From an uncultured Verrucomicrobiae bacterium (GTDB taxonomy: Bacteria; Verrucomicrobiota; Verrucomicrobiia; Chthoniobacterales; UBA10450): DNA of 64,000 bases. The position numbers were made by a program, and so were the translations under genes. The notes beneath the pieces were generated by a model, which was not told where the DNA came from, searched no databases, and worked only from the letters and a program-made list of their open reading frames with translations. The stretch covers positions 64,001 to 128,000 of the forward strand of contig CAWIBO010000005.1 of the NCBI GenBank assembly GCA_963834385.1, given 5' to 3'. This document shows, in pieces, positions 27,389 to 38,835 of the stretch; positions within the stretch are counted from its first letter, which is position 1; each line of letters starts with the position of its first letter.

Positions 27389-28323
27389 CCCCCCCCCCGG
27401 GAGCACTCGGCGGGAGGGGCGACCGGGGGTTTGCGCTGGAGGGAGATGACGAGGGCGACGGAACCGATGATGAGCGCGGCGGCGAGGCCGGTGCGGGGAC
27501 TGAGGGTTTCACCGGCGAAAAAGGCGCCGAGCGCGATGGCGACGACGGGGTTGACGTAGGCGTAGGTCGCGACGGCGGAGGGTTCGCAATGGCGCAGCAG
27601 CCAGATGTAGGCGGTGAACCCGACGAGCGAGCCGATGACGACAAGATAAACGTAGGCGCCGAATGAGAGCAGGCTTACCGACGCGAGATCGACGCGCGCG
27701 GCTTCGCCGGTGACGAGGCTGGCCAGGACGAGGAGCGCGCCGCCGCAGAGCATTTGCTGGCCGGCCGCGAGGAAAGGGGAGGGCGGGTTGGAAGCGGTGC
27801 GGGAATAGATCGAGCCGGCCGACCAGAGAAAGGAGGAAAAGAGAAGAAGGATCAGTCCGAGGTTCTGCTGGGGGCCGCCGGTGCCGCGCAAAGCCGGGGC
27901 GACGAGGACGAAGACCCCGGCGAAGCCGCCGGCGAGACCGAGCCAGACGATCGGGCGCGGACGCGGGGCGGTGCGCGAGAGCCAGCCGAGCAGGGTCATG
28001 TGGATGGGCACGGTGGCGACCATGACCGAGGCCAGGCCCGAGGCGATGAATTGCTGGGAGAAAGTGACGCCGCCGTTGCCGCAAAAGATCAGACAGGCGC
28101 CGACGATGAAGGAGGCGCGCCAGGTGGCGGGGGCGGGGCGGGGTTCCCCGCGCAGCCGGGCCACGGAGTAGATGATGAGGCCGGCGAGGAAAAAACGGGA
28201 GCCCGCCATGAGAAAGGGCGGGATCGTCTCGATGGCGAAACGGATGCCGAGGTAGGTGGAGCCCCAGATGAGATAAAGGGCGGCGAAAGCCAGGACAATG
28301 GCGGCGCGGCCGGGGCGGGGCAT
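27364..28323 (-). CDS. EamA/DMT family transporter (YedA-like)
   Basis: LYLIWGSTYLGIR...YAYVNPVVA; 10 TM segments. Confidence 0.92.
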   Translation of the reverse strand: MPRPGRAAIVLAFAALYLIWGSTYLGIRFAIETIPPFLMAGSRFFLAGLIIYSVARLRGEPRPAPATWRASFIVGACLIFCGNGGVTFSQQFIASGLASVMVATVPIHMTLLGWLSRTAPRPRPIVWLGLAGGFAGVFVLVAPALRGTGGPQQNLGLILLLFSSFLWSAGSIYSRTASNPPSPFLAAGQQMLCGGALLVLASLVTGEAARVDLASVSLLSFGAYVYLVVIGSLVGFTAYIWLLRHCEPSAVATYAYVNPVVAIALGAFFAGETLSPRTGLAAALIIGSVALVISLQRKPPVAPPAECSRGGGMRMEDGE

Positions 28324-28421
28324 GGCCTAGTGGCGCATCACCCGCGCGGGAATGCAAATGACCGGCGCCGGCCGGAGAAGAAAACGATGACAAGCGCAGG
28401 CGACTTTTGTTAAAAGGCCGG

Positions 28422-29843
28422 GTGCTCTTCAACTCGCTCACCTTCGTGATCTTCTTCGCGGTGGTGCTCGCGCTGCACCATCTGCCGTTGCCGTGGCGGG
28501 TGCGGAAGTTCAACCTGCTGATCGCCAGCTACCTGTTTTACGCGGCCTGGTCGCCGCCCTTCGTCATCCTGCTCTGGATCTCGACGCTGGTGGATTGGTG
28601 GGCGGCGAAGAAGATCCACGTGACCGAGGCGCCGGGGCGCCGGCGGCTCTGGCTGTTTCTCTCGATCGGAGCCAACCTCGGCATGCTCGGCTACTTCAAG
28701 TATGGCGGTTTCCTGCTGGAAAACTTCGCGCAGCTCATGGGCTCGTTCGGGGTGGCCTACCAGCCGCCGGCCTGGGACATCGTGCTGCCGGTCGGCATCT
28801 CGTTTTACACCTTCCAGACGATGTCCTACACGCTTGACGTGTATCTGCGCCGGGCGCGCCCGGCGGATTCGAAGCTCGATTTCGCGCTTTTCGTGACCTT
28901 TTTCCCGCAACTGGTGGCGGGCCCGATCGTGCGGCCGACCGATCTGCTGCCGCAATTCAAGACCCCGCACACGGCCACCGGCCCGCAACTGCGCTGGGGC
29001 CTGATGCTGATGGTGGTGGGGTTGTTCCAGAAGATCGTGCTGGCGGACGGGCTGCTGGCGCCGGTGGCGGACAAGGTTTTCGGCACCAAGGACCTGCTCG
29101 CACCGCTGGATGCCTGGGTGGGGACGCTGGCGTTTTCCGGCCAGATCTTTTTCGATTTTGCCGGTTATACCACGACCGCGATCGGCGCCTCGCTCGCCCT
29201 CGGGTTCTCGTTGATCGACAATTTTCGTTATCCGTATGCCGCGATCGGGTTCTCTGATTTCTGGCGGCGCTGGCATATCTCGCTCTCCACCTGGCTGCGG
29301 GATTATCTGTATGTGCCGCTGGGCGGAAACCGGAAGGGAACGGTGCGCACCTACATCAACCTGATGTTGACGATGTTGCTGGGCGGGCTTTGGCACGGCG
29401 CGGCCTGGACGTTTGTTGTCTGGGGCGGGCTGCACGGGATTTATCTGTGCGTGGAACGGGTGTTGCGCGGTCGTTATGCCGAGGTGCCATTCTGGAAAAC
29501 GGTTTCCGGGCGGATCGTGCTCGCGCTGGTGACCTATTTCCTCGTCAACATCACGTGGGTCTTTTTCCGGTCCCAGGATTTCGGGACCGCGGCGCGGCTG
29601 CTGACGAGCATGCTGGGCCTGGACGGGTCGGGCAAACCGGTGCTGACGACGTGGCTGCTGCTGAGCGCGACGGTGACGATCGCGTTGATGCTGGTGGCGC
29701 ACTGGCGCATGCGGCACCGTCTTTTTCACGAGGAAGTGGCGCGCTGGCCCGTGCCGCTGACGGGGTTGGTCTGGGGGACGATGTTGTTCTTGATTGTCAT
29801 CACACAGGGAGGAGGCAATGCCTTTATCTACTTCCAGTTCTGA
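28422..29843 (+). CDS. MBOAT O-acyltransferase (AlgI/DltB-like)
   Basis: LPVGISFYTFQ, FFPQLVAGPI, FWRRWHISLS, GLWHGA, FIYFQF. Confidence 0.95.
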   Translation: MLFNSLTFVIFFAVVLALHHLPLPWRVRKFNLLIASYLFYAAWSPPFVILLWISTLVDWWAAKKIHVTEAPGRRRLWLFLSIGANLGMLGYFKYGGFLLENFAQLMGSFGVAYQPPAWDIVLPVGISFYTFQTMSYTLDVYLRRARPADSKLDFALFVTFFPQLVAGPIVRPTDLLPQFKTPHTATGPQLRWGLMLMVVGLFQKIVLADGLLAPVADKVFGTKDLLAPLDAWVGTLAFSGQIFFDFAGYTTTAIGASLALGFSLIDNFRYPYAAIGFSDFWRRWHISLSTWLRDYLYVPLGGNRKGTVRTYINLMLTMLLGGLWHGAAWTFVVWGGLHGIYLCVERVLRGRYAEVPFWKTVSGRIVLALVTYFLVNITWVFFRSQDFGTAARLLTSMLGLDGSGKPVLTTWLLLSATVTIALMLVAHWRMRHRLFHEEVARWPVPLTGLVWGTMLFLIVITQGGGNAFIYFQF

Positions 29844-30913
29844 GCTACCGGGTGCGCCCAACCTGCCTTACCGGCGGGACGTGCCGGAGCGGCGGCTCGG
29901 GCTGGCCTGGGTGATTGCGCTTTTGCTGTTCCTTACCGGCCTCGGCATCTGGGAGGGTTATTGGCGCGCTTTTGGCGCGGGCCCGAGCATTCGGAACAGC
30001 GACGGTCTTTGGGCCATCGAGCGGCGGCGCGTCGCGGAGGAACCCGGCGACAAAACCGTGCTGATCGGGTCATCGCGGATGTTGTTCGACGTGCAGCTTG
30101 ATGTCTGGCAACGGCTCGCCGGCGAAAGACCGATCCAGCTCGCCTTCGAGGGGACCAGTCCGATTTACGCCCTGGAAGATTTGGCCGACGACCCGAAGTT
30201 CACCGGGCGCCTGGTGGTGGGCGTTTCGCCGCCACTCTTTTTCACCGGGTTCGGGCGGCGGCGCGAGGCGGTCGAGAACTGGGACCGTGAGACCCTCTCG
30301 CAGCGGGCCAGCCAGTGGCTTTCCATGCGCCTGATCGAGCCGTTCTTCGCCTTTTACGACGAGGACTTTGCCCTGATGACGATCGCGGAACGCCAGGATT
30401 GGCCGGAGCGTCCCGGCGTCCCGAACGAGAAAGATGTGCGGCGTCTTTCCGTCCAGGAAACGGACCGCAATACGCGGCTCTGGGACAAGCTGGAGCACGA
30501 TGCCGCCTACCAGGCGATCGCAAAGGGCATCTGGGCACGGATGCTTTTCGGTCCGCCGCCGTTTCCTCCAGAGGTCGGACGGAAAATGCAGGAGGAACAG
30601 ATTGGGCGGGCGGCGGCGGCGGTGAAGAAATTGCGGGCCCGCGGGGTGGAGGTGATTTTCGTTCGGTTGCCGTCGGCGGACGAGTTTCTGGCTTTTGAAA
30701 ACAAGGCCTTCCCGCGCGAGCGAAGCTGGGAGGTGCTGCTCGAGAAGACGGGCGCGCCCGGAGTGTATTTCGAGGACCACCCGGAGCTGCAGGGTTACGA
30801 GCTTCCGGAGTGGTCGCACATGTCCGGCGCTGAGGCCGACCGATTCACGGAGCAGCTTTATCGGGTGCTGGAGCGGAAGTTTGGCTGGGGAAAAAGGGCG
30901 GAGCCGGCCGTGA
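29818..30913 (+). CDS. SGNH-like O-acetylation partner protein (AlgJ/DltD-like)
   Basis: TM anchor, IGSSR, EWSH; in frame with pepE in this sequence, probable true stop TGA 30911-30913. Confidence 0.65.
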
Positions 30914-31614
30914 GCCCGCGCTTGTTGCTCCTGAGCACCTCGACGGTGCACGGGAGCGGTTATCTCGAGTATGCGACGGCGGAGCTGCGCGATTTTCTCG
31001 GTGATGTCCGGCGGATCCTGTTTGTCCCGTTCGCGCTCCAGGATCACCACGCTTATGCGGAGCGGGTCCGGGCGCGCTTCGCCCAGCTTGGGATTGGGGT
31101 TGATTCGCTCCACGAAGCTTCGGACCGGCTGGGAGCGGTAGGCGCGGCCGAGGCGATTTTCGTTGGCGGCGGCAACACTTTTCGTCTTTTGAAAAGGCTG
31201 CACGAAGATGGGCTGCTCGAGGCGATCCGCGCGCGCGTGCGCGGGGGTGCGCCGTATCTTGGTTCGAGCGCGGGCTCGAACGTGGCGGGGCCGACCATTC
31301 GCACGACGAACGACATGCCGATTGTCGAGCCTCCCTCGTTCGCGGCGCTGGGGCTGGTCCCGTTCCAGATCAACCCGCATTATCTCGATGCCGACCCGGG
31401 TTCGACCCACATGGGCGAAACACGGGAGGAGCGTCTCGTGCAATATCTGGAGGAAAACGAAGTGCCGGTGGTGGCGCTGCGCGAAGGCGCGATGCTGCGG
31501 TGCGAAGGGGGCCGGTATCGGCTGCTTGGCCGGAACGGTGGTCTCCTCTTTCAGCGCGGTGCGGCGCCGATCGAGCTCGTGCCCGGGGCGCAGCTCGACG
31601 ATCTCCCGCGCTAG
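30910..31614 (+). CDS. pepE: Dipeptidase E (peptidase S51)
   Basis: GGGNTFRLL, GSSAG, TTNDMP, INPHY, GETREER. Confidence 0.9.
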   Translation: MSPRLLLLSTSTVHGSGYLEYATAELRDFLGDVRRILFVPFALQDHHAYAERVRARFAQLGIGVDSLHEASDRLGAVGAAEAIFVGGGNTFRLLKRLHEDGLLEAIRARVRGGAPYLGSSAGSNVAGPTIRTTNDMPIVEPPSFAALGLVPFQINPHYLDADPGSTHMGETREERLVQYLEENEVPVVALREGAMLRCEGGRYRLLGRNGGLLFQRGAAPIELVPGAQLDDLPR

Positions 31615-31617
31615 CGG

Positions 31618-32154
31618 CTAATCATCGTAATGGCGTGAGGCGTCGCGATAATCGCGGTGGTCCTTGTGCGTGATGTGCGCCGGCGGCTCAGGGGCGTCCG
31701 TCTCGCGCGCTTCGATGCGGTTCTTGAGCCACTCGAACCACTCGCACCAGGTGTCGCGGCCGAGCCGGCGGCGTTCCCCGTCGATATAACGTTCGAGCTT
31801 CTTCCATGAGAGCAGGATTGGGCCGCTGAAAAAATCCTCGACCACCTCGATGGTCAGTTCGCCGGTGAAAACGAGCAGGCCGATGCTCTCCCACGTCCCG
31901 GTGATGTGATAGACATCGTCTTCGCCATTTTCGCCCAGCACCTCCAGGACGGTGGCGCGATCCGCGGCCTCGGGGAGATTGACGACCACGCGGAGCGAGT
32001 GGGCGAGGCTGACGCTTTGGAACGATTGCACCAGGTTGAGCATCGAATTGCGACGGCGCTGCACGCGATAGTCGCGCACCTGGTAACCGGCAAAGACAAG
32101 GCCGACCATCACAGCCAGCGCCTCGATGATGTCCGCCAGGCTGCCGATTTCCAT
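31618..32154 (-). CDS. DUF4760-like protein
   Basis: N-terminal TM; WESIGLLV..G...WFEWL. Confidence 0.65.
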   Translation of the reverse strand: MEIGSLADIIEALAVMVGLVFAGYQVRDYRVQRRRNSMLNLVQSFQSVSLAHSLRVVVNLPEAADRATVLEVLGENGEDDVYHITGTWESIGLLVFTGELTIEVVEDFFSGPILLSWKKLERYIDGERRRLGRDTWCEWFEWLKNRIEARETDAPEPPAHITHKDHRDYRDASRHYDD

Positions 32155-34185
32155 TACTCGGGCCGGGCGGGAACGGTGGCGCCCTTTCGTTTGTTCAAGT
32201 GCCGGTCGAGAAAGGCGAGGATCGCGGAGTAGGCGCGCAGCTCGTTGGTCTTTTTGGTGAAACCGTGGCCTTCGTCGTCGAAGACGATGTAATCGACAAC
32301 GCCCTTTCGCTTTTTGATCGCTTCGACGATCTCATCCGATTCCGCCTTGAGGACGCGCGGGTCGTTTGCACCCTGCAGGACGAGGAGCGGCCGCTCGATC
32401 TTGTCGGCGTGGAAGAGGGGTGAAACTTCGCGCAGGCGATCAAGATCCGTCTGCGGATCGCCGATCTCGCGGTAGAGGGCCTTGCGCTCCGCTTCCCAGT
32501 AGGCGGGGATGCTTTCGAGGGTGCGAACCCAGTTGGAGACACCAAAGATATCGACCCCGGCGGCGAACTCCTGCGGCTGGAAAGCGAGGGCGGCCAGGAC
32601 CATGTAACCGCCGTAGGAGCCGCCCATGATCGCGATGCGGTCGCCCTGCACGAAATCCCGGCCGGCGAGAAAGTTTTTCGCGGCCACGCAATCCCAGAGC
32701 GGCTCGCGGCCGTGTTTGCGGTCGTCGGCGGTGAAGAAGGTCTTCCCGTAACCGCTGGAGCCGCGGTTGTTCACGTCGAGCACGGCGTAACCGTGATTGA
32801 CCAAAAACTGGAGAAGGGCGCTGTAGGTCAGGCGGGCCTGGCCGCCGGGGCCGCCGTGGACATTGATGATGCCGGGCACCTTCTGCCGGGCGCCGGCGCC
32901 GTGCGGCCGGTAAAGGTTGGCCGGAACTTCCAGGCCGTCGAACGACTTGAATCGGACCACGGTGGCCTGGACGAGGTGCGCCGGGTCGATGGCGGGATTC
33001 AGCGCGTTGGTCAGCCTGGTGGCGTTCTTTTTCGCGACGTCATAAGAGGTAAAGGTTCGAAGGCGAGCGCGAGCCGTTGTGGTAAAAGGCGATCTTTTCC
33101 TCGCTATCGGCAAAGCGGACGCCGGTGATGTCGCCATGGGGCAGGTCAGGGAGCGGCACGGTTTCGCCGGTGGCCGTTTCGTAGATCTTCACGCGGGTGC
33201 GGGCGTCCTCATTGATCGAGACCAGCCGGTATTTGCCCTGGCGCGAGAAGTAGGTCGCGACGATGTCCCACGAAGCCTTTTCCACCGTTTCGTGACGGTC
33301 CGTGGCGGGATCGTAGCGGGCGAGCCAGGAAAATTCCGAGTCGCGGTTGGTCAGGTAATAAAGCTGCGCGGTGCCGGGAGCGAAGGCCTGGGCGCTGTTC
33401 GCCATTTCACCCTCGTGCGGGGTGAGGTGCTTCATTTTCCGGCTCTCGACGTCGTAAAGGTAAACGTCCGAATCGGCCGTGGAGACGCCCGGCTTGTCGA
33501 AGGCGATGAAACGTTTGTCGGAGGAAATCGCGGCAAACTCGAAGCCCTCGTCATTCTGGTAAACCAGCGCACGTTTCAGGTCCGCCACCGTCATTTCGTA
33601 AACGTCGAAAAACTTCGGGTCCCGCTCGTTGGTGGCGAAGAAGAAGGATTTCCGGTCGTGGCTCCAGGTGAGGAAACGCGCCTTGGTCTTTTCGCCCGGG
33701 GTCAGGTCCGTTTCCTTGCCGTCCGGCCCGCGCAGGTAAAGGTGATCGTTCTCGTTGCCGCCCTTGTCGTAGGTGTAGAGGAAACGATCGTCATTCGGGA
33801 AAGCCGAGACGATGAAGGTGCTTTCCTTTTTGGAATCGGTCAGGCGGCGGGGCGTTCCCCCGGCCAGGGGCATGCGGTAAACGTTGAAGATGCCGCTGCG
33901 GTTGCTGTGGAAGAGGATCGCTTTCTCGTCGTGCGTGAAGGAGCCCCCGCCGACCTTCTCGGTGTCCATGAACTCCTCGATGGTGTAGCGCTTCACGCCG
34001 CCCAGGGCGGGCGCGAGGGCGGCTTCGAGATCGGCGCGTTCTTTGGTGATCAAGGCTTTACCGGTGACATCGGGCGTCTGCCCCGGCGAAGGCCGCTGGT
34101 TGACCTGCGCGCACAGGGGAACGCCGCTCATGATAACCAACAGCGCGATGAGGGCGAATCGCTTCTCTCTCAGGAACCCGGCCAT
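32154..34185 (-). CDS. Secreted S9 prolyl-oligopeptidase-family peptidase (frameshift near 33050)
   Basis: Beta-propeller region plus HGGP, GGSYGG, GANDPRV and DEGHGF. Confidence 0.9.
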
Positions 34186-34563
34186 TCAGGAAGTGCCGCC
34201 GAGGAGATTCTCGATCGTCTCCGACATTTCATCGGTGGAGACCGGTTTTTTCAAGTAAGCGTCGCCGCAGGTGGCGACCGCCTCCTTGTGCTCGGCCTCG
34301 TCGCCATAGGCGGAGTAATAAAGGACCGGCGTGCCGGGGCGCACTTCGCTGAGCGAACGGCAGAGATCGATGCCGCTGCCGTCGGGCAGCCGGATATCCA
34401 GGATGAAGAGGTCGAAATCGATTTCGCGCGCGAGCGCCAGCGCCTCGGCGATCGAGCCGGCCGTCATCACGCCATAGCCGCAATCGCCCAGGAGCGCCGC
34501 CATGAGGAGACGCGTGTCCTGGTGATCGTCCACGTGAAGAATTCGCGCGCGGGTCGTTTTCAT
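34186..34563 (-). CDS. Single-domain response regulator
   Basis: HVDD, LDIRLPDGSG, YLKKP. Confidence 0.88.
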   Translation of the reverse strand: MKTTRARILHVDDHQDTRLLMAALLGDCGYGVMTAGSIAEALALAREIDFDLFILDIRLPDGSGIDLCRSLSEVRPGTPVLYYSAYGDEAEHKEAVATCGDAYLKKPVSTDEMSETIENLLGGTS

Positions 34564-34651
34564 GCGGGCCTGCGTTACCAATAACGGGGAGGCGCGGCCA
34601 AGTCTCTTAAAAAACGCGTGCACCCGGGGCGGGGGCGGCTAAGGACGAGCT

Positions 34652-35791
34652 GTGCATTATCGCGTGGCGGTGGTTGGGCTTGGTTCCATGGGCAGTGCCG
34701 TGCTGGCGCATTGCGCGGGGCGCGGCGGCCCGGTGATCGGCTTTGAGCAATTCGAGCGCGGGCACGAGCTGGGGGCGTTCGCCGGGCGTTCCCGGCTGAT
34801 CCGCAAAGCCTATTTCGAGGACCCGGCCTACGTGCCGCTGCTGCAACGGGCTTATGCGCTCTGGCGCGAGCTGGAACGCGAGACCGCGACCGACCTTCTC
34901 ACGATCACCGGCGTTTTGCTGGCCGGGATTCCGGAATCGGAGGTGCTGGCCGGGTCGCAGCGGGCGGCCGCGCTGCACGATTTGCCGGTCGAGACGCTGG
35001 CGACGGCGGAACTGCGGGAGCGTTATCCGATGCTGGCGGTGGAGGAAGGGGAGATTGGCGTACTGGAGGAGGAAGCCGGCGTGCTGCGCCCGGAAGCGGC
35101 GGTGGAGGCCCATCTCCGGCTGGCGGAACAGCGCGGGGCGGAGATGCGCTTCGGTGTAGCGGTGCACGGGTGGTCTCCCGGCGCGCGGGGTTTCGCGCTG
35201 AACTGCGGCGGGGAAACGGTGACGGCGGACGCGCTTGTCCTGACCATGGGCCCCTGGTTCGGCGAAGTCATGCAGTCGGTCGGGGTGCGACTCCGGGTGC
35301 AGCGCAACGTGCAGGCGTGGTTCGCCCCGGCGAGCCCGGCCTTTGGCGCCGGCAGGTTTCCCGGGTTCCTGATCGATCGCCCCGGGTTTCCGGCGCCGCT
35401 TTACGGGTTCCCGGATTTCGGGGAAGGGGTGAAAGCCGCGTTTCACGGCCACGGCGAGGAGGTTGATCCGACGAGGGTGGACCGGGTGATCGACCAGGAG
35501 CGCGATATCAAGCCGATTGCCGCGGCGCTGGAAGCGTGGATGCCGGGCGCGGCCCATCGTTTTCAGCGAGGCAAGGTGTGTCTCTACGCGCTGACGCCGG
35601 ACGAACATTTCGTGGTCGACCGCCATCCCGCGCACCGGCAGGTGATTTTGTGCGGCGGCTTTTCCGGGCACGGCTTCAAGTTTGCGCCCGTGATCGGGGA
35701 GATCGCGAGCCAGCTTGTTTTCGAGGAAGCGACGCCGCACCCGATCGAGTTTCTTTCGCTCCGCCGCTTCGGGGGAAAGACCGGGGCGTGA
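34652..35791 (+). CDS. solA: N-methyl-L-tryptophan/sarcosine oxidase
   Basis: GLGSMG, SRLIRKAYFE, CLYALTPDEHF, GFSGHGFKF. Confidence 0.85.
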   Translation: MHYRVAVVGLGSMGSAVLAHCAGRGGPVIGFEQFERGHELGAFAGRSRLIRKAYFEDPAYVPLLQRAYALWRELERETATDLLTITGVLLAGIPESEVLAGSQRAAALHDLPVETLATAELRERYPMLAVEEGEIGVLEEEAGVLRPEAAVEAHLRLAEQRGAEMRFGVAVHGWSPGARGFALNCGGETVTADALVLTMGPWFGEVMQSVGVRLRVQRNVQAWFAPASPAFGAGRFPGFLIDRPGFPAPLYGFPDFGEGVKAAFHGHGEEVDPTRVDRVIDQERDIKPIAAALEAWMPGAAHRFQRGKVCLYALTPDEHFVVDRHPAHRQVILCGGFSGHGFKFAPVIGEIASQLVFEEATPHPIEFLSLRRFGGKTGA

Positions 35792-35900
35792 GCCTGGCGA
35801 ATGTTTTGGTTTGGCCCTGCGCGGTTAAGGCCCTTGCCTTCCGGGGCTCGCTTTCCGAGAATGGTGCCGGGGCCGCACCCTCCAACGGCTTACGTTTAAC

Positions 35901-37881
35901 ATGCCGGGCCTCTTCGCCGAACTGAAACGACGGAACGTCTACAAGGTGGGCGTGACTTACGCCGTCGTCGCGTGGCTCATCATCCAGGTCGTGACCTCGA
36001 CCTTCCCGGTGCTCGAGCTGCCGAACTGGGCCACCAAGCTGATCGTCGTCCTCGCGGTGCTCGGTTTCCCTGTGGCCGTCATCCTCGCCTGGGCCTTTGA
36101 AATGACGCCGACCGGAATCCAGCGAGCGCGGCCCTCCGATCCTCTCCAGCCATCAGGACGCGGCGGGCGGGCCTGGATATTCGTCGTGCTGGGCGCCGCC
36201 ACCGCTTCCCTGGCCATTTTTTTCCTTGGGCGGATGACGGCGCCGCCGGTGCCGTTGGCTGCGCCGGTCACCCACGAGAAATCGATCGCGGTGCTTCCTT
36301 TCGCCAATCTCAGCGAAGAGGTGGATAACGCCTATTTTGCGGACGGCATCCAGGACGAGATCCTGGCGCGGCTGAGCAAGATCGGAGACCTGAAGGTGAT
36401 CTCGCGAACGTCCACCCAGAAATACCGCGGCAAACCGGAGAATCTCCGGGCGATTGCGCAGGAACTCGGGGTGGCGAACATCCTGGAAGGTTCCGTGCGC
36501 AAAGTGGGCGACCAGGTGCGGGTGACCGTGCAGTTGATCAACGCGCTGAGCGACACCCATCTTTGGGCCGAGACCTACGAACGCAAGCTGCTTGATGTCT
36601 TTGCGGTGGAACGGGAGGTCGCGGAACGGATCGCCTCCACGCTCGAGGTCACGATGACCGGCCGCGAGAAGGCGGCGATCGCGCAAATTCCGACGCAAAA
36701 CCCGGAGGCTTACGACGCCTATCTGCGGGCCATCGCCCTGGATTCGTCACAAACCGGCGAGCGCACCGAGGAAGCCGTGATGTCGTTTCGGCGCGCGGTT
36801 GAGCTTGATCCGGATTTCGCCCTGGCCTGGGCAGGCCTGGCGCATCGCGAGGCTTTCCGTTATCAGGTGCGCGAACGGACCGAGGAGCAGCACGACCCTG
36901 GCCCGGGCCGCGGCCGAACGCGCGCTGCAGCTGCAGCCCCAGTCTCCCGAGTCGCTCGCGGCCATGGCCTCCTATCTTTACTACGTGAAGCGGGATTACG
37001 AGGGCGCCCTCGTCCGCCTCGAGGAAGCGCGGGCCCTCGCCCCGGGGCGGACCCTTGTCATCATGCTGACGGGACTGATCAAGCGCCGCCAGGGCCATCT
37101 CGATGAATGCATCGAGCTGATGCAACAGGCCGGTGTGCTTGATCCAAGGAACAACGACATCTGGATGAACCTGGCGCGGACCTATCGCGCCCAGGGACGC
37201 TTCAAGGAAGCGCACGCCATCTTTGATCGGGCCATCGTGATTGCGCCGGATGAGCCGGAGATCATCGGGGAGAAGGCGGAAAACTTTCTGGCCGCAGGCG
37301 AACTTGAAGCGGCCGGGGATTTTCTCGGGCGATATCCTGTCGCGCTAACCGGAAAGGTCTTTGAACCAGTTCTTCTCACGCTGCTGCGCCGCGACTTTCC
37401 GAACGCGCTCTCCCGCCTCGAACAAAAGGTGGAGGGCGAGCCGGCGCGCATAAAGCTGGCGGCGCGACTCGAGGGCGCGCGAATCAAACAGATCACGGGC
37501 AACGGCGCGGAAGCGCGGCCCATCTTCCAGGCCATCCGCGCGGAGGTGGAACAGTTGCAGACGGCAGGCGATCGCCATCAGCACCTGCGGGCGCAGTTAA
37601 TCGAGAGCGCGGCCTGGCTGGGTGATGCGGCCACGGTCGAGCGGGAACTCCCGGGTTATCTCGAGGAAGCCGAGAAAGACAAATGGACAGAGCCGCTGGC
37701 GGAGGAAACGGCCGCGATCGCGTTCGTGGCTCTCGGGCAGCTTGAGCGGGCGCTGCCGCATCTCGAGAAAGCGCTCAAGCCCTCCGCCCAGGGGCTGACG
37801 CCCGCTTATCTTCGCCTCGATTACAGATGGGACTCGGTCCGGCATCATCCCCGTTTCCAGGAACTGGCCTCGGGGAAATGA
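35901..37881 (+). CDS. Membrane TolB-N/FlgO-like TPR protein (frameshift near 36890)
   Basis: ELKRRNVYKV, SIAVLPFANLS, LKVISRTS, TPR repeats, WDSVR.HPRFQ. Confidence 0.85.
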
Positions 37882-38576
37882 ATTTTTGGATCGGCACCTC
37901 CGGGTTCCAATACAAGGAATGGAAGGGGACGTTTTACCCGGAGGACCTGGCGGTGGCGAAGATGCTGCCGTATTACGCGGAGCGTTTTGGCACGACCGAG
38001 ATCAATTACTCGTTTCATCGCATCCCGAGCGCGAAGACGATTGACGGCTGGTTCAAGGCCACGCCCGACCGGTTCCGGTTCAGCCTGAAGGCGCCGCAGA
38101 AGGTGACCCATTTCGCCCGTCTGCGGAATTGCGGCGACACCATGCGCTACTTCGCGCAGGTGGCCGGCGACCTCGAAGCGAAACTGGGGCCGGTGTTGCT
38201 CCAACTCCCGCCCAACCTGAAGAAGGACGTCGTTCTCCTGCGCGAATTCCTGGTCGAAACGCCCCCGTCGCTCCGGCTCGCCTTCGAGTTCCGGCATGAG
38301 TCATGGCTCGACGACGAGGTTTACCAGGCGCTCCGGGAGAGAAACGCCGCGCTTTGCCTCGCCGAGAGCGAGAAACTTTCCACCCCGGTCGTGCCCACGG
38401 CGGATTTCGGTTATGTCCGTCTGCGACGGGAGGATTACGGACCGGCGGAGGTGAAAAGCTGGACCGAGAGGATCAGGTCCGTCGCCGGCTGGACGGAGGT
38501 GTTCGTCTACTTCAAGCACGAGGAGAGCGGCACCGGTCCCCGGCTCGCGGCGCAGATGCTTGAGCTGTTGGAGTAA
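37878..38576 (+). CDS. DUF72-domain protein
   Basis: IGTSGFQY..W...EINYSF...FEFRHESW. Confidence 0.92.
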   Translation: MNFWIGTSGFQYKEWKGTFYPEDLAVAKMLPYYAERFGTTEINYSFHRIPSAKTIDGWFKATPDRFRFSLKAPQKVTHFARLRNCGDTMRYFAQVAGDLEAKLGPVLLQLPPNLKKDVVLLREFLVETPPSLRLAFEFRHESWLDDEVYQALRERNAALCLAESEKLSTPVVPTADFGYVRLRREDYGPAEVKSWTERIRSVAGWTEVFVYFKHEESGTGPRLAAQMLELLE

Positions 38577-38623
38577 CTGAGTGGTGGTGTGGGGCGAGCA
38601 GCGCGCGTAAGCGGCGCACAGGG

Positions 38624-38797
38624 CCCGTCATCCCGAGCCGCGCAGACGGCGAGGGACCTCGCGCATGGGGCTCCACCCCCGGGTTACGCGGAAGGTGGTG
38701 CCGGTGCGTGGGAAGCGTTGCTGCCTCTCACCGCTATTTCTGCGGACGTCGCGGCACGTTCTTCGCGGGGTCCCTCGCTGGCGCTCGGGATGACGGG
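38624..38797. repeat. REP-like inverted-repeat element between convergent genes
   Basis: CCCGTCATCCCGAGC / GCTCGGGATGACGGG and GCGAGGGACC / GGTCCCTCGC arms. Confidence 0.8.
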
Positions 38798-38835
38798 GGC
38801 GCGCGGCCGGGCCGCGATCAACGGCCTAACGCGCC

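Noticed and set aside
28410..29861. Long antisense ORFs (also 15480-16382, 30070-31443, 33079-34584, 46986-48419, 57767-59083, 61321-62697)
   Set aside because: Shadow frames of well-supported genes in high-GC DNA, with no recognisable motifs
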